From contig NW_019091358.1 of assembly GCF_001949145.1 (NCBI RefSeq), forward strand, positions 806,961 to 870,960: 64,000 nucleotides of DNA, written 5' to 3'. Positions 49,101 to 61,100 of the stretch are shown here, piece by piece. Source of the stretch: Acanthaster planci (taxonomy: Eukaryota). Positions within the stretch are counted from its first letter, which is position 1. Every line of letters starts with the position of its first letter. The notes beneath the pieces are model-generated. The model ran no database searches, was not told the origin of the DNA, and was given only the letters and a program-made list of their open reading frames with translations. The translations under genes and the position numbers were made by a program.

Positions 49101-52100
49101 ATCACATACGCAAACAGAACTGTGCCAGCCATGCCAGCACAGCAGGGTGCGCAAATTTTTTTGTTNNNNNNNNNNNNNNNNNNNNNNNNNNNNNNNNNNN
49201 NNNNNNNNNNNNNNNNNNNNNNNNNNNNNNNNNNNNNNNNNNNNNNNNNGTTTTTCTGAGGTATGCCAAACCCAACGCAAAAGCCAGCTGTTTTGGGCCT
49301 ACCAGACCTATCCCCACAGAATTAAACATTTTACTACTATTTAATTCTGTGTGGTTAGGGAGGGTTAGGGTTAATACATTATGATAAACAATTGAAGCAT
49401 GTCTTTTTAACAATCAGAGTCAGTTTTAATATTGTTATTTTTATTATTGACTACAAACTTGTCTATTGTTTGCTTTATTTTTTTACTTTTTTAAGAAATG
49501 GCAAAATACTTTGAGGACTTGTGAAAGTTTATTTTCATTCTGTCACTGGTTCCTGCACTGCTCACACTTTAGATGTGTAGTCTAACCATTAATACTGGCG
49601 AAGCTTGACTTTTGCAGCATTGATGTCAACAACGGTGCATGTTGTGTCATTGCCTTCAATGGAAATCAGAATAAAAAGACAATGCCAAAAGCAACGGAAA
49701 AGAAACAGTACTCGTACCAACCACAGTCCCGCGAAGCGGCGCAAGATGACAAACTTCGCAGTGAATACGCGTAAAACTTTGCAATTGCATGGGCGCCATT
49801 TGAGCAAGTGATACGCCTGCGCAATGCACAGTAATGCAAAGGTGCAGGCGCCACGGCAGGCATGTGCACCTGGTGAGCCTGCGCCTAAGCACAACCGTAA
49901 ACTGCACAGGCTTATCGCTTGCTCAAGTGGTGCCCATTGTAATTACACCCTTTGGGCAGAGTTATCCATCTTGCGCCTTCGGCACTATATGATCTTTGGT
50001 ATATACCAAGGCATCAGGAGGAATGACTGTGTATCGGACCATTGCGTTTAGGGTAGAGCTACGCTCATTGCAGCACTTGCCCTGGGGCCTTTGTGATTAA
50101 CCATGGTGTCATTACTGGAAAGTATGCCAGCCCACAGAAACATCGTAAGTCTGCCGAGTCTGTGCGTGACGTTGCCAAATTAACAGCATTAAGGGAACTT
50201 TCACAGAAATCAGATGAGATAAATGCTGAGGTGTATGCAACAGAAATCTTAGTAGTGGAACACAATCACGTCAGACTACTGCTACGCAAAATGTTTCCAA
50301 ACAATTATGTAATAATGCCAAACAAATAGTATCATTGACATTGTGATCAAACAAAAACAAGATGCAAAAGTTCAACATACAAAGGTCTGCAAGAGCACAG
50401 GAGAGGGAAGGAAGCGGAAGTTGCTAGGACCAGTTCCAACGAGCCTCTGTATAAAGTATCAAAGTAGTGATGTGTTATTTTATCATTTTAATGCAAATTC
50501 ACAGTTTGTGCAGGGTGCGTGAATTCAAAGGAATTCAAATTTTGGAATTCAATTGTTGGGAGGTCTGTATTCTGCCAGTCAGTGAATTATGAAATTAATG
50601 TACATGTACCTTTACTTTCTCTCATTTCATTTACTGGTACCAAGACCAGCCCCGATACGTCAAAAATCATTACCTTTTACCCGTTACACCTTTCACCGTC
50701 ACCAATTAGATCTTACCAGGACCATCATCATCTTTGTGATAAGTCAAAGATAAACATTGAATTCCTGGTAGGGGGGCAGGACACTGCAAATGCTGTTGGG
50801 GGGGGTGGTCTTAGAAGTTGGCATTTCCCGGGTACGTTGTGTGCACTTTATAGACGGTCCCTAATCAGAACAACATATCCATGCATGCTTAAAGCTCATG
50901 AAGTTCCTGAGACATTGGCCTCAGGTATGAGAAGACCCAACTTTTTATTTCTGATTTTGAAATTTCCATGTTAAAACTACCTTACATTCAAATTTTTTCC
51001 ACCCTGGCAAAGTGAGGCATCGGCAAGACCGGTCAGCCCCAAGTTCATCGTGACTCTGGAGGGCGCCATGCAGTCCAAAGCCAAGACCAAGCAGCGCAAG
51101 TCGGCCAGGGTGGCGCCCCGCATTTCCCTCACGCGAACGATTGACAACAGCACCGTGTACTCCAACTACGTGGAAATTCAGCAGCAGCAACAACAGCAGC
51201 AACGACAGCAGCAGTTGCAGATGGAAGAGGAAGAAGAAGACCTTGCCCAGCTGCAGCGGGACGAGCTGGCGCTCCAGCAGGAGCTCGCTCTTCAGCAGCG
51301 TAAGCAGGAATTGCTGCGGCAGCAGCGGCAGCAGCAACAGCGGCAGCAACCTGTGGAGGACTACATCAGGAGAGAGGACCAGCTGGCATTTGTCACTCAG
51401 ACACCTCACATGGATCAAGTAGAAGAGATGCAGTTCATAGCTGAAGGTACAACCGGCCAACTGTTACTCCCATGAAATCAAGCGATGTTTGGGCATACCT
51501 GGGGGAGGCTGAATAAAGGACCCACGCCATAGTCTCAAAGCTTCAAATCCTAGTTTTTTTTCAGTGTTGTAATCTAGCGAATGGCAAGTCCATTCACGTG
51601 TCCTTTCACAAGTCATTTCATAAGATTCGTCACAACAAGATGAAAACAAATGTCTTTTGTCATAGTTTATAGTTTATAGCTTGTTGGTTGACTTGCATCA
51701 AGATGGCTTGTAATGGGCATGTTATGGAGTGGACTACAGAAATGAAAAGTACAATACTGCTGAAACTAAATTAAGTATTCAATCATTCAAGTCCCTTAGG
51801 CAACTATTGGCATTCACCTCTCTGATGAGGTCCTTCCACGACAATCCAGAGTTTTGTCTTAAAATTGGCACTCTGATGATATTTTTGAATTGGTAGTTTT
51901 TCATCTGTTTTCCTTCATTGTGTCTTAGGATCAGAGAAGAGATTCTTCTTATAGTGAACATCAATGAAATTTTCATTTCCACAGCATATTTTTGAGTGTT
52001 TGGCTTTCGGTTCACAGTTTAAAAACAGTTTGCTGTCATTCCCACAATAGGCTGATTCACTTGCCTTTTGATTTCATAGACTCATACCAAGAGGGCCCTA

Positions 52101-55100
52101 GTCCAGCAAAGAAAGAGAAATCTTCCGCGGAGCGGTGTATGTTTTGGCCAGCCTGTAAAAACGGCAGCGACTGTCTGTATGTTCACCCCACAAAACCATG
52201 CAGGTGAGTGCAGTATTACTGGAGTATGGAATTAGTTTTTCATTGAAATAAACATGGCTACCCTTGTTAAGCCTAACCATGCTGAACCCAACAAGGTTAT
52301 GCAGGATTTCAATGGTCCCTAGGGGGTTAGGGTTAATTAACTAGGTGCTTCTTTGGAATAATCATGGCTACCCTTGNNNNNNNNNNNNNNNNNNNNNNNN
52401 NNNNNNNNNNNNNNNNNNNNNNNNNNNNNNNNNNNNNNNNNNNNNNNNNNNNNNNNNNNNNNNNNNNNNNNNNNNNNNNNNNNNNNNNNNNNNNNNNNNN
52501 NNNNNNNNNNNNNNNNNNNNNNNNNNNNNNNNNNNNNNNNNNNNNNNNNNNNNNNNNNNNNNNNNNNNNNNNNNNNNNNNNNNNNNNNNNNNNNNNNNNN
52601 NNNNNNNNNNNNNNNNNNNNNNNNNNNNNNNNNNNNNNNNNNNNNNNNNNNNNNNNNNNNNNNNNNNNNNNNNNNNNNNNNNNNNNNNNNNNNNNNNNNN
52701 NNNNNNNNNNNNNNNNNNNNNNNNNNNNNNNNNNNNNNNNNNNNNNNNNNNNNNNNNNNNNNNNNNNNNNNNNNNNNNNNNNNNNNNNNNNNNNNNNNNN
52801 NNNNNNNNNNNNNNNNNNNNNNNNNNNNNNNNNNNNNNNNNNNNNNNNNNNNNNNNNNNNNNNNNNNNNNNNNNNNNNNNNNNNNNNNNNNNNNNNNNNN
52901 NNNNNNNNNNNNNNNNNNNNNNNNNNNNNNNNNNNNNNNNNNNNNNNNNNNNNNNNNNNNNNNNNNNNNNNNNNNNNNNNNNNNNNNNNNNNNNNNNNNN
53001 NNNNNNNNNNNNNNNNNNNNNNNNNNNNNNNNNNNNNNNNNNNNNNNNNNNNNNNNNNNNNNNNNNNNNNNNNNNNNNNNNNNNNNNNNNNNCATGGCTA
53101 CCCTTGTTAATTGGGTGCTCCATTGAAAGAAATGTGGGTACCCTTGCTAAGTGAGTTTTTAAATTGCACATATCCAATGCTATTTGGAACAGAAAATAGT
53201 CAAGTAAGAAGCACTTTGTCAACTAAACCAGTAAAAATAACCATGTTGAAGTAAAACTGGTAAACTCTCTCTTGGTTACCTGTACATGTTGGAACAGCTT
53301 TAGTGCATTCAAAATCTTTGAGCCAAGGCATAGAGATGAATTATTCCAAGAGAGATTATTCCACTAATTGTCCAGCGAGACACGGGTTATCTGGCGGGCT
53401 AGCATGGGTTGTCCAAATAGTGCACAACTTGTATCGTGCACAGGATCTGCGCAACAGCGTTGTCGCACACCTGTGTAATATTTCAAAAGGATTCATGAAA
53501 TGTGGCACACCTATGGAAAGTATTTTAAAACCTCGTTGACATTGGATGTGTGAATGAATAATCAATGGCTCTGCCAGCCGTTTCAAAAGAAAAATTAAGT
53601 CAAATCTGTTTAAGTACTCGGTTCTCGCAAATCTCTAAGTTTCCCTTCCGTGAGTCTGAGTTACCTGTTTTAAAGCTGAGAACTTCTAGTAGCAGTCAGT
53701 CTTCTGTTGTAAAATCTTCCATTCATTATGTGCTGCGCCTTCCCTCACACAAAAGATTTGCATCAAAGTTTTGCCATTGGAGGTTAACTCCCTGAAATGT
53801 TTTGAAATATTTTTTGGCAAATAACAGAACAACATTACGGCATAAAGTGGATTGAGACCGCTGCATATAAAGTTATTGGTTTTTCTGGAGACTTCTTGAG
53901 TAAACGATGATCGAATACGAATTGTAAACTGGTGATCACTGCTCTGACAATTTTGATATTCAGACAGCATATACTAGAAATGAAAGACTAGCAGGTTGCA
54001 AAGTCATCCCCGTCAGGTCTGCCCAGGATAAGCATTCAATGTATAACTGGAAAGCTTACAGACGTTCTTCTTTAACCCTAACCGTGCTGAACCCAACAAG
54101 ATTATGCAGGATTTCAATGGTCCCTAGGGGGCTAGATGATACCAAGCTTTTTGCTTGTAAACATGTAGATTGGATACAAACTCTTTAAGGTGGGATAACT
54201 TTTTTTTTTACGAGAAAACCTTGTATGGAGGCACACTGCACCACTGCCGGAGACATACACTGTACCTTGTATGGTACGTAAACACTCAAAGCTGCTGTGA
54301 AAATCTAGGCTTTCTGAAGTTGCCAAAAAGTATGCCCATCCGTTAAAACCTAAGGCAGGTTTGCAGATTGTTCTTTGAGAGTTAAAGGTGTACAAAGCTA
54401 CAATCAAGTGTTCTATTTCATGCAGGGCAAAGATAGGTTTTGTTGTTTTATGTCAGTATTTTTGTGCTCGCTTATCCCGTCCTCTGTTTGCTATTTATTG
54501 GACAAAGCCAGTGTAAATGAGTTATTTCCCACAAGCATAAAAATTGCCCTCCGAAAAATCCACTTTTGACTGCCTGACAACCAAAGGGATTTGCTTTGCC
54601 ACATTAATGTTGACCTGTGGATCATGTTCTCTCCAGCAACTTCCCGCGTTTTGTTTTTTCCTTTCAGCAAGGAATTATTTTGAGCCACTGTAATCCAAAT
54701 TCCATTTTCAGGGGCTTTCCTCGTCCTGTGATGGCACGGTAAGGATTTCTAGGCCAAGCCGAGTCCCCGATAGCTGTATTGTGGAAAACACTGGGGGAAG
54801 AGAAGAAGTAGCAATATGATACAGCTATGCAAGTGATTTCCTCATTGGCCCGTGGGGTAACATGTAGATGGGAGAGTTGAGACCATGCATTAATTAGCCT
54901 GCTTCTGGACGAGAGTCATCCTGCATGCCCAGCAAAGTCTCAAAACAATTCCTCTGAAATCGTGGTACAGCTGCTTTGCTTATTAATGAGTTGCCAGAAG
55001 AAACGAGACGGAAACAACATATTTGCGTATGTAGTGGTTTATTGGGGAAGGTGATGATGGCATTCATGCCATCGGTCCATCTTCAGGCTCTCCAGTTCCA

Positions 55101-58100
55101 TGGATATGTGTACATTTATGATTGCATGTGGTAAACAAGAACCCCCATTCAATCAAACCATGTGAAAGCAGGTCCCTTATAGGAATCTTCAAAATCTGTC
55201 ACCTAATGATTGAGAGGCGTGAAGCTTTCCTCAGGTCAGCTGTTTCCTTCGTGTACAGCACATGTGTATATGGGGACGTGCGGCCCAGTGGTTAGGGTTT
55301 GCAGCTTCTGATCATAGAGTTAGGGGGGGTTCGAATCCTGGCTGGTGATTACATGTCGCAACCTGAGGCTAGTCAATTTATCCCCACATACTTTGCTTCA
55401 ACCCGGAATTCATGGGTACCTGTTAGGGCAGGTACAGTGCGGTATAAATTGGATCTGAAATGGCAGCATTGGGCTACGTACATGTACATGTATGGTATAT
55501 TCCCTAGGGAGCTGAGATGGTTTCAGGAACATTCAGACGATACGCCCGATGGGCAGCAACGATGAAATATTTATCTTATAAATATAACATACCTATTGGC
55601 ATCTCCATGAATGAAAGATACTGTTTGATACTGTGAATCTTTGAAATGCTGGACATGATATTTTACTGTTATTTTTATGTTACCACAATTTGAAATAGTG
55701 GAATCTGTACACAAATCTGATGCAGCCATGATTTTTTTCTAAATTCCCAGTTGCAAATTTGTAATAAGACCTCCATGAATTTGCATCATTTCATGATGAA
55801 AACAGGAAACCAAAACCCAAGAGTTTAGTGCCAGGTGGAACTTTATTTGTCCATTGAGTTTGGCTTTCAAAGTGATACAAGAAGCAAGTCTGGAATTCCC
55901 TGGTAATAAACATGCACATTAAAGGAGATATGTCATTTATTAGAGTATACCACAGTTAGTTTAAGCCAGCAGCAAAAACTACTGGCTACAAAATCTGAAT
56001 GTAGACGGGGACAGGCCCAACGTCCCTCAATTCAATTTGTGCTCTCAACTTCGATCCAGGGCCCGACTAGTCACTCACCAATTGCCTTGGTCACTTCTCC
56101 ATGAAAAAAACACTGAACACTGACATTTTGAGACTTTAAATCTACCATTTTGCATGCCTATCTCCCGATTATTAAACTGAAAGACTGGAGACTGAAGAGG
56201 ACTGTTGTCTGCCAGAAGTAGGGCAGCGTTCCTGACCCTCCTTGTTACCCCCTATCGCTTGATCAATAGTCCATTAGTGGCGGTGTTCAGAGCGTGACTT
56301 GTACAAACTTCACATACTCAAAGGCTTTTTCACAGAGATTGCAGCCTGCAGTAAAGACTACGCTGATTGGCGCTGTCGAGGACTTGTGAAATTTGGTCAG
56401 CTTGATGCGACATTTGCACGTACATGTACCTGGACAAATTGACCTACATACAACTCCCCCTACGTTACGGTTACCAGATGTTTACGTAAAGTTCTGAAGG
56501 GTTTTTCAAGAAGGTTGAAGAAACATGCCCCAGGGCTGTGTCCCCCTTGGATATTTGTAATGGAAACAACTGGCGAACTTCATACACAAAGGCAAACAAA
56601 GTACAATAACAGCTCCTGACATCTAATCCAGCCTCTTTTCACAACTGATTCAACTAGTTTGTTGAGCAAGACTGATTTGAGTTGAGCAGCTTCCGGTATC
56701 ACTTAACCCACCTACATGTAGTCGCATCCATCCATGTTGATTTGCCCTCACTAAAACTACTTTTGGCTCCCACACCATATCTTTTCAGAACCTGACTATG
56801 ACAGACTGTGGCCTATTATGGCTATTAATACGCTTTTAAAGTTGGCGGGCATCTTTGCGTCCAGATGTCCAGTACATATATAACGACGATACATTCAAAC
56901 AGAAATTGGTCATGTGTGCTCAGTTGCATCTTGCGTCACACACGCATAAACCTGTGAACGTGCTGTGAGTTCCCATCAAAGGTCCTTGTAACAGCTTGCC
57001 CTCTCTTTTTCCTGCAGAGAGGTTACACTCCTACATTGACTTTCCCCTGGTATTCTTTCTTCTTCCCTTACCCGTGTATTTCTTTTTCACTTTGTGGTTG
57101 AAAAGTGTACAAATAATGTATATTTATAAATGTAATGGTAAGAGTAATTTCATTTGGCAACAGACAGAATAATCCATTTCATGAGGTGAAGCCAATTCAG
57201 TCACTCCCTAGATCCCCAGCATGTTCATGTATTTGTGTGGAGGGCCGCTTTGCAGCGTCACGTGACTGAATAGAACTTGTCAATTGCCAACAAACCCGGG
57301 GTTTAGAGGAAAATAAAATGGCTGCATGCAAGCAAGCGCATGTCAAGCAGAATACTGGAGAGCTACATGTAGGACGGACTCTGATTGGAAAGGACCACAG
57401 AGGATAGGCTTTTAAAATGTCAAACAGCTAGGTGAAAAAGAGAACTCCTTCATTTTCAGCTGACATGTAATATTTGTGGTAATGCATAAATGTATATGTA
57501 CTTGAGGGAATAGTGGCAAGCGTATCCGGGTCTTTGGTTGGGGTAGGGCCAAATGGATTTTTTTTTTCTAAAAATGACTGTCCAACTTTTATTGTCATTT
57601 GCGAAACAATCTCCCCGAAAGAAAGATGTTAGTTTCGTTTTGAAACTGCCAGCACTTTCAGTTCCAATGGACAATACATTGGCAATGTGTTGACGCTCAG
57701 AAGATTTCCCCCCCCCAATCATATGCTACTTCAGTGGCATGTTTATGGGCTCTGCCTCTGTAATGTGTATGATGTTCAGTTATTGCCATGAATGTTCGTT
57801 TGCGTAAATGACAACTGGAAAAACAACATTCCGTGCCACCCTACCAGTACCTCATCGGATTGCTCACTGTGCCGGTGTTTACCTTCTCGGTGAATGTCCC
57901 CGAATGTATAAACAGTTGCCTGGGGCTGAATCGATCGGCCAAGACTTGCATGGCACACAAACAAGGCATGATTGGCCCAGCGTGGTGTAAACTACCGGCA
58001 CCACTCAATGCTGAGAAAATTGTCTCCGATGGAAATATTCAGAGCATACCGTACATATAACTGCTTGAAATTTAAAATAGGAGGGGGTTCCACATGATCT

Positions 58101-61100
58101 CTGTTGGTACACGCACATGTAGATCTCGTAGTTACGCAGAGATTATGCACGGGAGGGGTACTGGTACGGTGCGTGTGAATACAAATTCACACCTTATATA
58201 AATAGAATGTATTTGGCCCCGTCTACTCGTCTGTCATGTTTATTCGGCAAGAGCAGTATGCATATAATTTTTAACAATGTCTTACAGACATACTGTAACA
58301 AGGACACATCGCCATTTTCATCAGTTTTGGTGAAAATTACATTTTTGCAACGGTCTCTCAAACTGTCAGATGAATACCTTAGGGCACAACACACCTGACT
58401 ACTACCAGGGAAGTTTAATGCTAAGGCCAGCCTATATTCCCCAAGTCTTCTCTGCAATAAATATATCCCAGGGTACAACACACCTAACTATGGTACTACC
58501 AGCTAAAACTGTTGCATTTTGGTTTTAAAGGGTTATAGAAATAGGAAACATTCAATTCGCACACTACATGCAGTATGGCACACAATGGACCATGTTGTGT
58601 TTGATGTAGCTTCGGCCAACAGGGCAAACACTGTTTCAGGTCTAAAAACACACAGTAGGACTGTGTTTTTGAACTTTCTACCTTGAACTGAGACAGTGTT
58701 TGCCTGTGGGCCAAGCTACCGTGACATCAAACACAACATCAAACACAACGTGGTCTATTATTCGTAGCTCACTACAAGAGCCTAAACTTAAACTTGGCAC
58801 TGTTATTGACAAATAATACTGCATCAGAACCATGACTGTGACAAGATGCTCATGATAGAGAGCTACATGTACAGGTAGACATCTGAATTGGGGCTATAAA
58901 CAAAGGTTGTGAATGGGCTCAAGGGGCCAGGTGGCCTGCGCTATGCATGGACCCTCCGCGATACCAAATAGAACTTCATACAGCAAGTGCCGAACCACAC
59001 AAGTTCTTTATTCACAAGATTGGACTCTTTGATCTGAGCTGGTATCACTTGGAATGAGCCATGTGTGACCTAGACATTTTGTTCCTTGATCTGGGTGAAC
59101 TACTGTGTTTTGAAGGGCTGATCATAAGTTAAGGGGCTTGTTGGGGGTCAAGGGGATTGTGCAAAGTCTGCAGAACGCTGTTTTGGGGAACACTATAAGT
59201 TACCATTTGGAGTTTGTCTTGTCTCTAAAAAGTAGGAATGGGATTTTGGCATGTACATTTTGTAAAGGCATTGACCAGTGTTCTTGTCCACAGTAAGAAC
59301 GGTGAATGATCCCGATAAACACTGTAAGTGGGTCCTTGTTGGAGTATTCTATAGTGTTCAACTTCAGAGATGATCGTAATCGTCCCTAATCCAAATTGCA
59401 GTCAAAACTGGAGTACTTGTTAAGTTATACTGGGAAAGTAACTAGGTACCAGCAAATTTGATTTGAACCTGCAGCTTTTGCAACTCGCAGGGAATTTCAC
59501 TGGCTTCTGTTCAGTCAAATTGTTTGCTCGTCTTTAATTAACCAAAAGAAAACGTCTTTGTGCAGATGCATGACTTGGTCATTTCCGGAGCACTTTTCGG
59601 TGATGCCTCCTGCATTACAATCCAGGACGTCAATTTTAAGAAGACGCCTCACTTTTTGGTTGTGAGTCTGTCTATTTGTTTTCCGTTGGATTCTAATAAG
59701 ATTTGCTGTGGTTTGTTTGCAGTAACAGCAGACATAAATCAGGGTATTGGATCCTACAACGTATGTAGGCCAATCGTACATTGCAGAATTTTGGACCTTT
59801 TCATTCAAATACATCAGTCCACTGTGCACACAATTCCATTTTATCAAATTTCCTGCCATATTTTCTCAGAGCCCCCTTGCATCCCGAACGCAAAATATAC
59901 CGCAGTGTTGAGTCTGGGTCGCGCAACTCTTGTCCACTTGCTGGGAACTGCAGCTCAGGCTACACATGCTTCTGATCAAACAGGTCGAAGAGTGTTTTTG
60001 TTTGCCCAAGATGTCTTTAAATAGAAGATGTTTTGGCAGCCAGCATTAATATCTGCCATCTGGAGGCAGCTGTTTCTCATCATGGAAAAGACTGGTATAA
60101 CTAGCCAGGGCTGCTGTGTACCCATGTGGCACATTCGCGAGAGTGACAAAAATAACAAACATTAATACTCAGACTCTGTCTGACAGTTGAGCCGGAGATC
60201 TCTGGAGATGTGCATGATTAATTAAACCAGGTCACTGCTTCAGGCTGTGAACATACTGTTGAGATCTTGCTTCTTGTTGGTGTTTTTTTTTACATTTTTG
60301 TCCTGGAGATTAAAATGAAATGGTTAAAGGTGACGGTATTATTCAGAAGGGTTTCTTTGGTATCTTTTTTCTTTGATTGAAAAAAAATCCTTTGATTGTC
60401 ACAAATTCAGCAAACTTGTCTCTCAACTTTGCTAATTACATAAATCTCCAATCTACGTGTAGGAAAAAAACCCTTTCATGAATCAGGTTTCAGGAATTTA
60501 TCACCTTCCTCAAGAACTTCCCCAACTGATCTTCCACCTTCCCTCCTGATAGAACGGATATAAAGTCACGGCTGATTTCAGGCAAAATCAATTTGCCCCT
60601 GCTTCTATATTCAGAGGAGTGGACCATTTTTCCTTTTTTTTTATAGTCAGAATGATCCGGTAGTTTGATTAGTACTCATAGTGGTCTTAATAGAAAGTGG
60701 ATCAGTGGCTTCCACTTCCCCTCTCGGTTCATTCCTCGGTGATTGGTGCTTTCATTCCTCTGTTGTCGTCCTCCCATGACAGCACATCTTCCCCCAGGGG
60801 AGAGGGGATGGTCCATGAATTAATATACTCCTCTGTCCGTTTTAACTTCCTCGGGAGCCAGATGAAAACATCGGGCTTGAGCTTCCTGGACCGCATGACG
60901 GGGTGCAGTCAACGCTGTATAATCATTGTATAGTTGTATAATAATGCTTTCCAGTCAAACCACTGGTAATGTTGAGAATCAGACTATAATTTTCTTGTCC
61001 CACATTGTTCCAAGAGAAACCATGTAAAAACTCGTCTATTTGCAACATAAGGCATCATCATACTTTGCAAATTAAGCAGAAAAGGTCCAATGGACCATGA

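Noticed and set aside
51822..51850. CTGATGAG-GTC..GAC hammerhead-like core
   Set aside because: Lacks the GAAA box and stems I and III
52337..53222. ORFs of 250-284 aa
   Set aside because: They span an N-gap flanked by repeated catggctacccttg, probably a collapsed repeat
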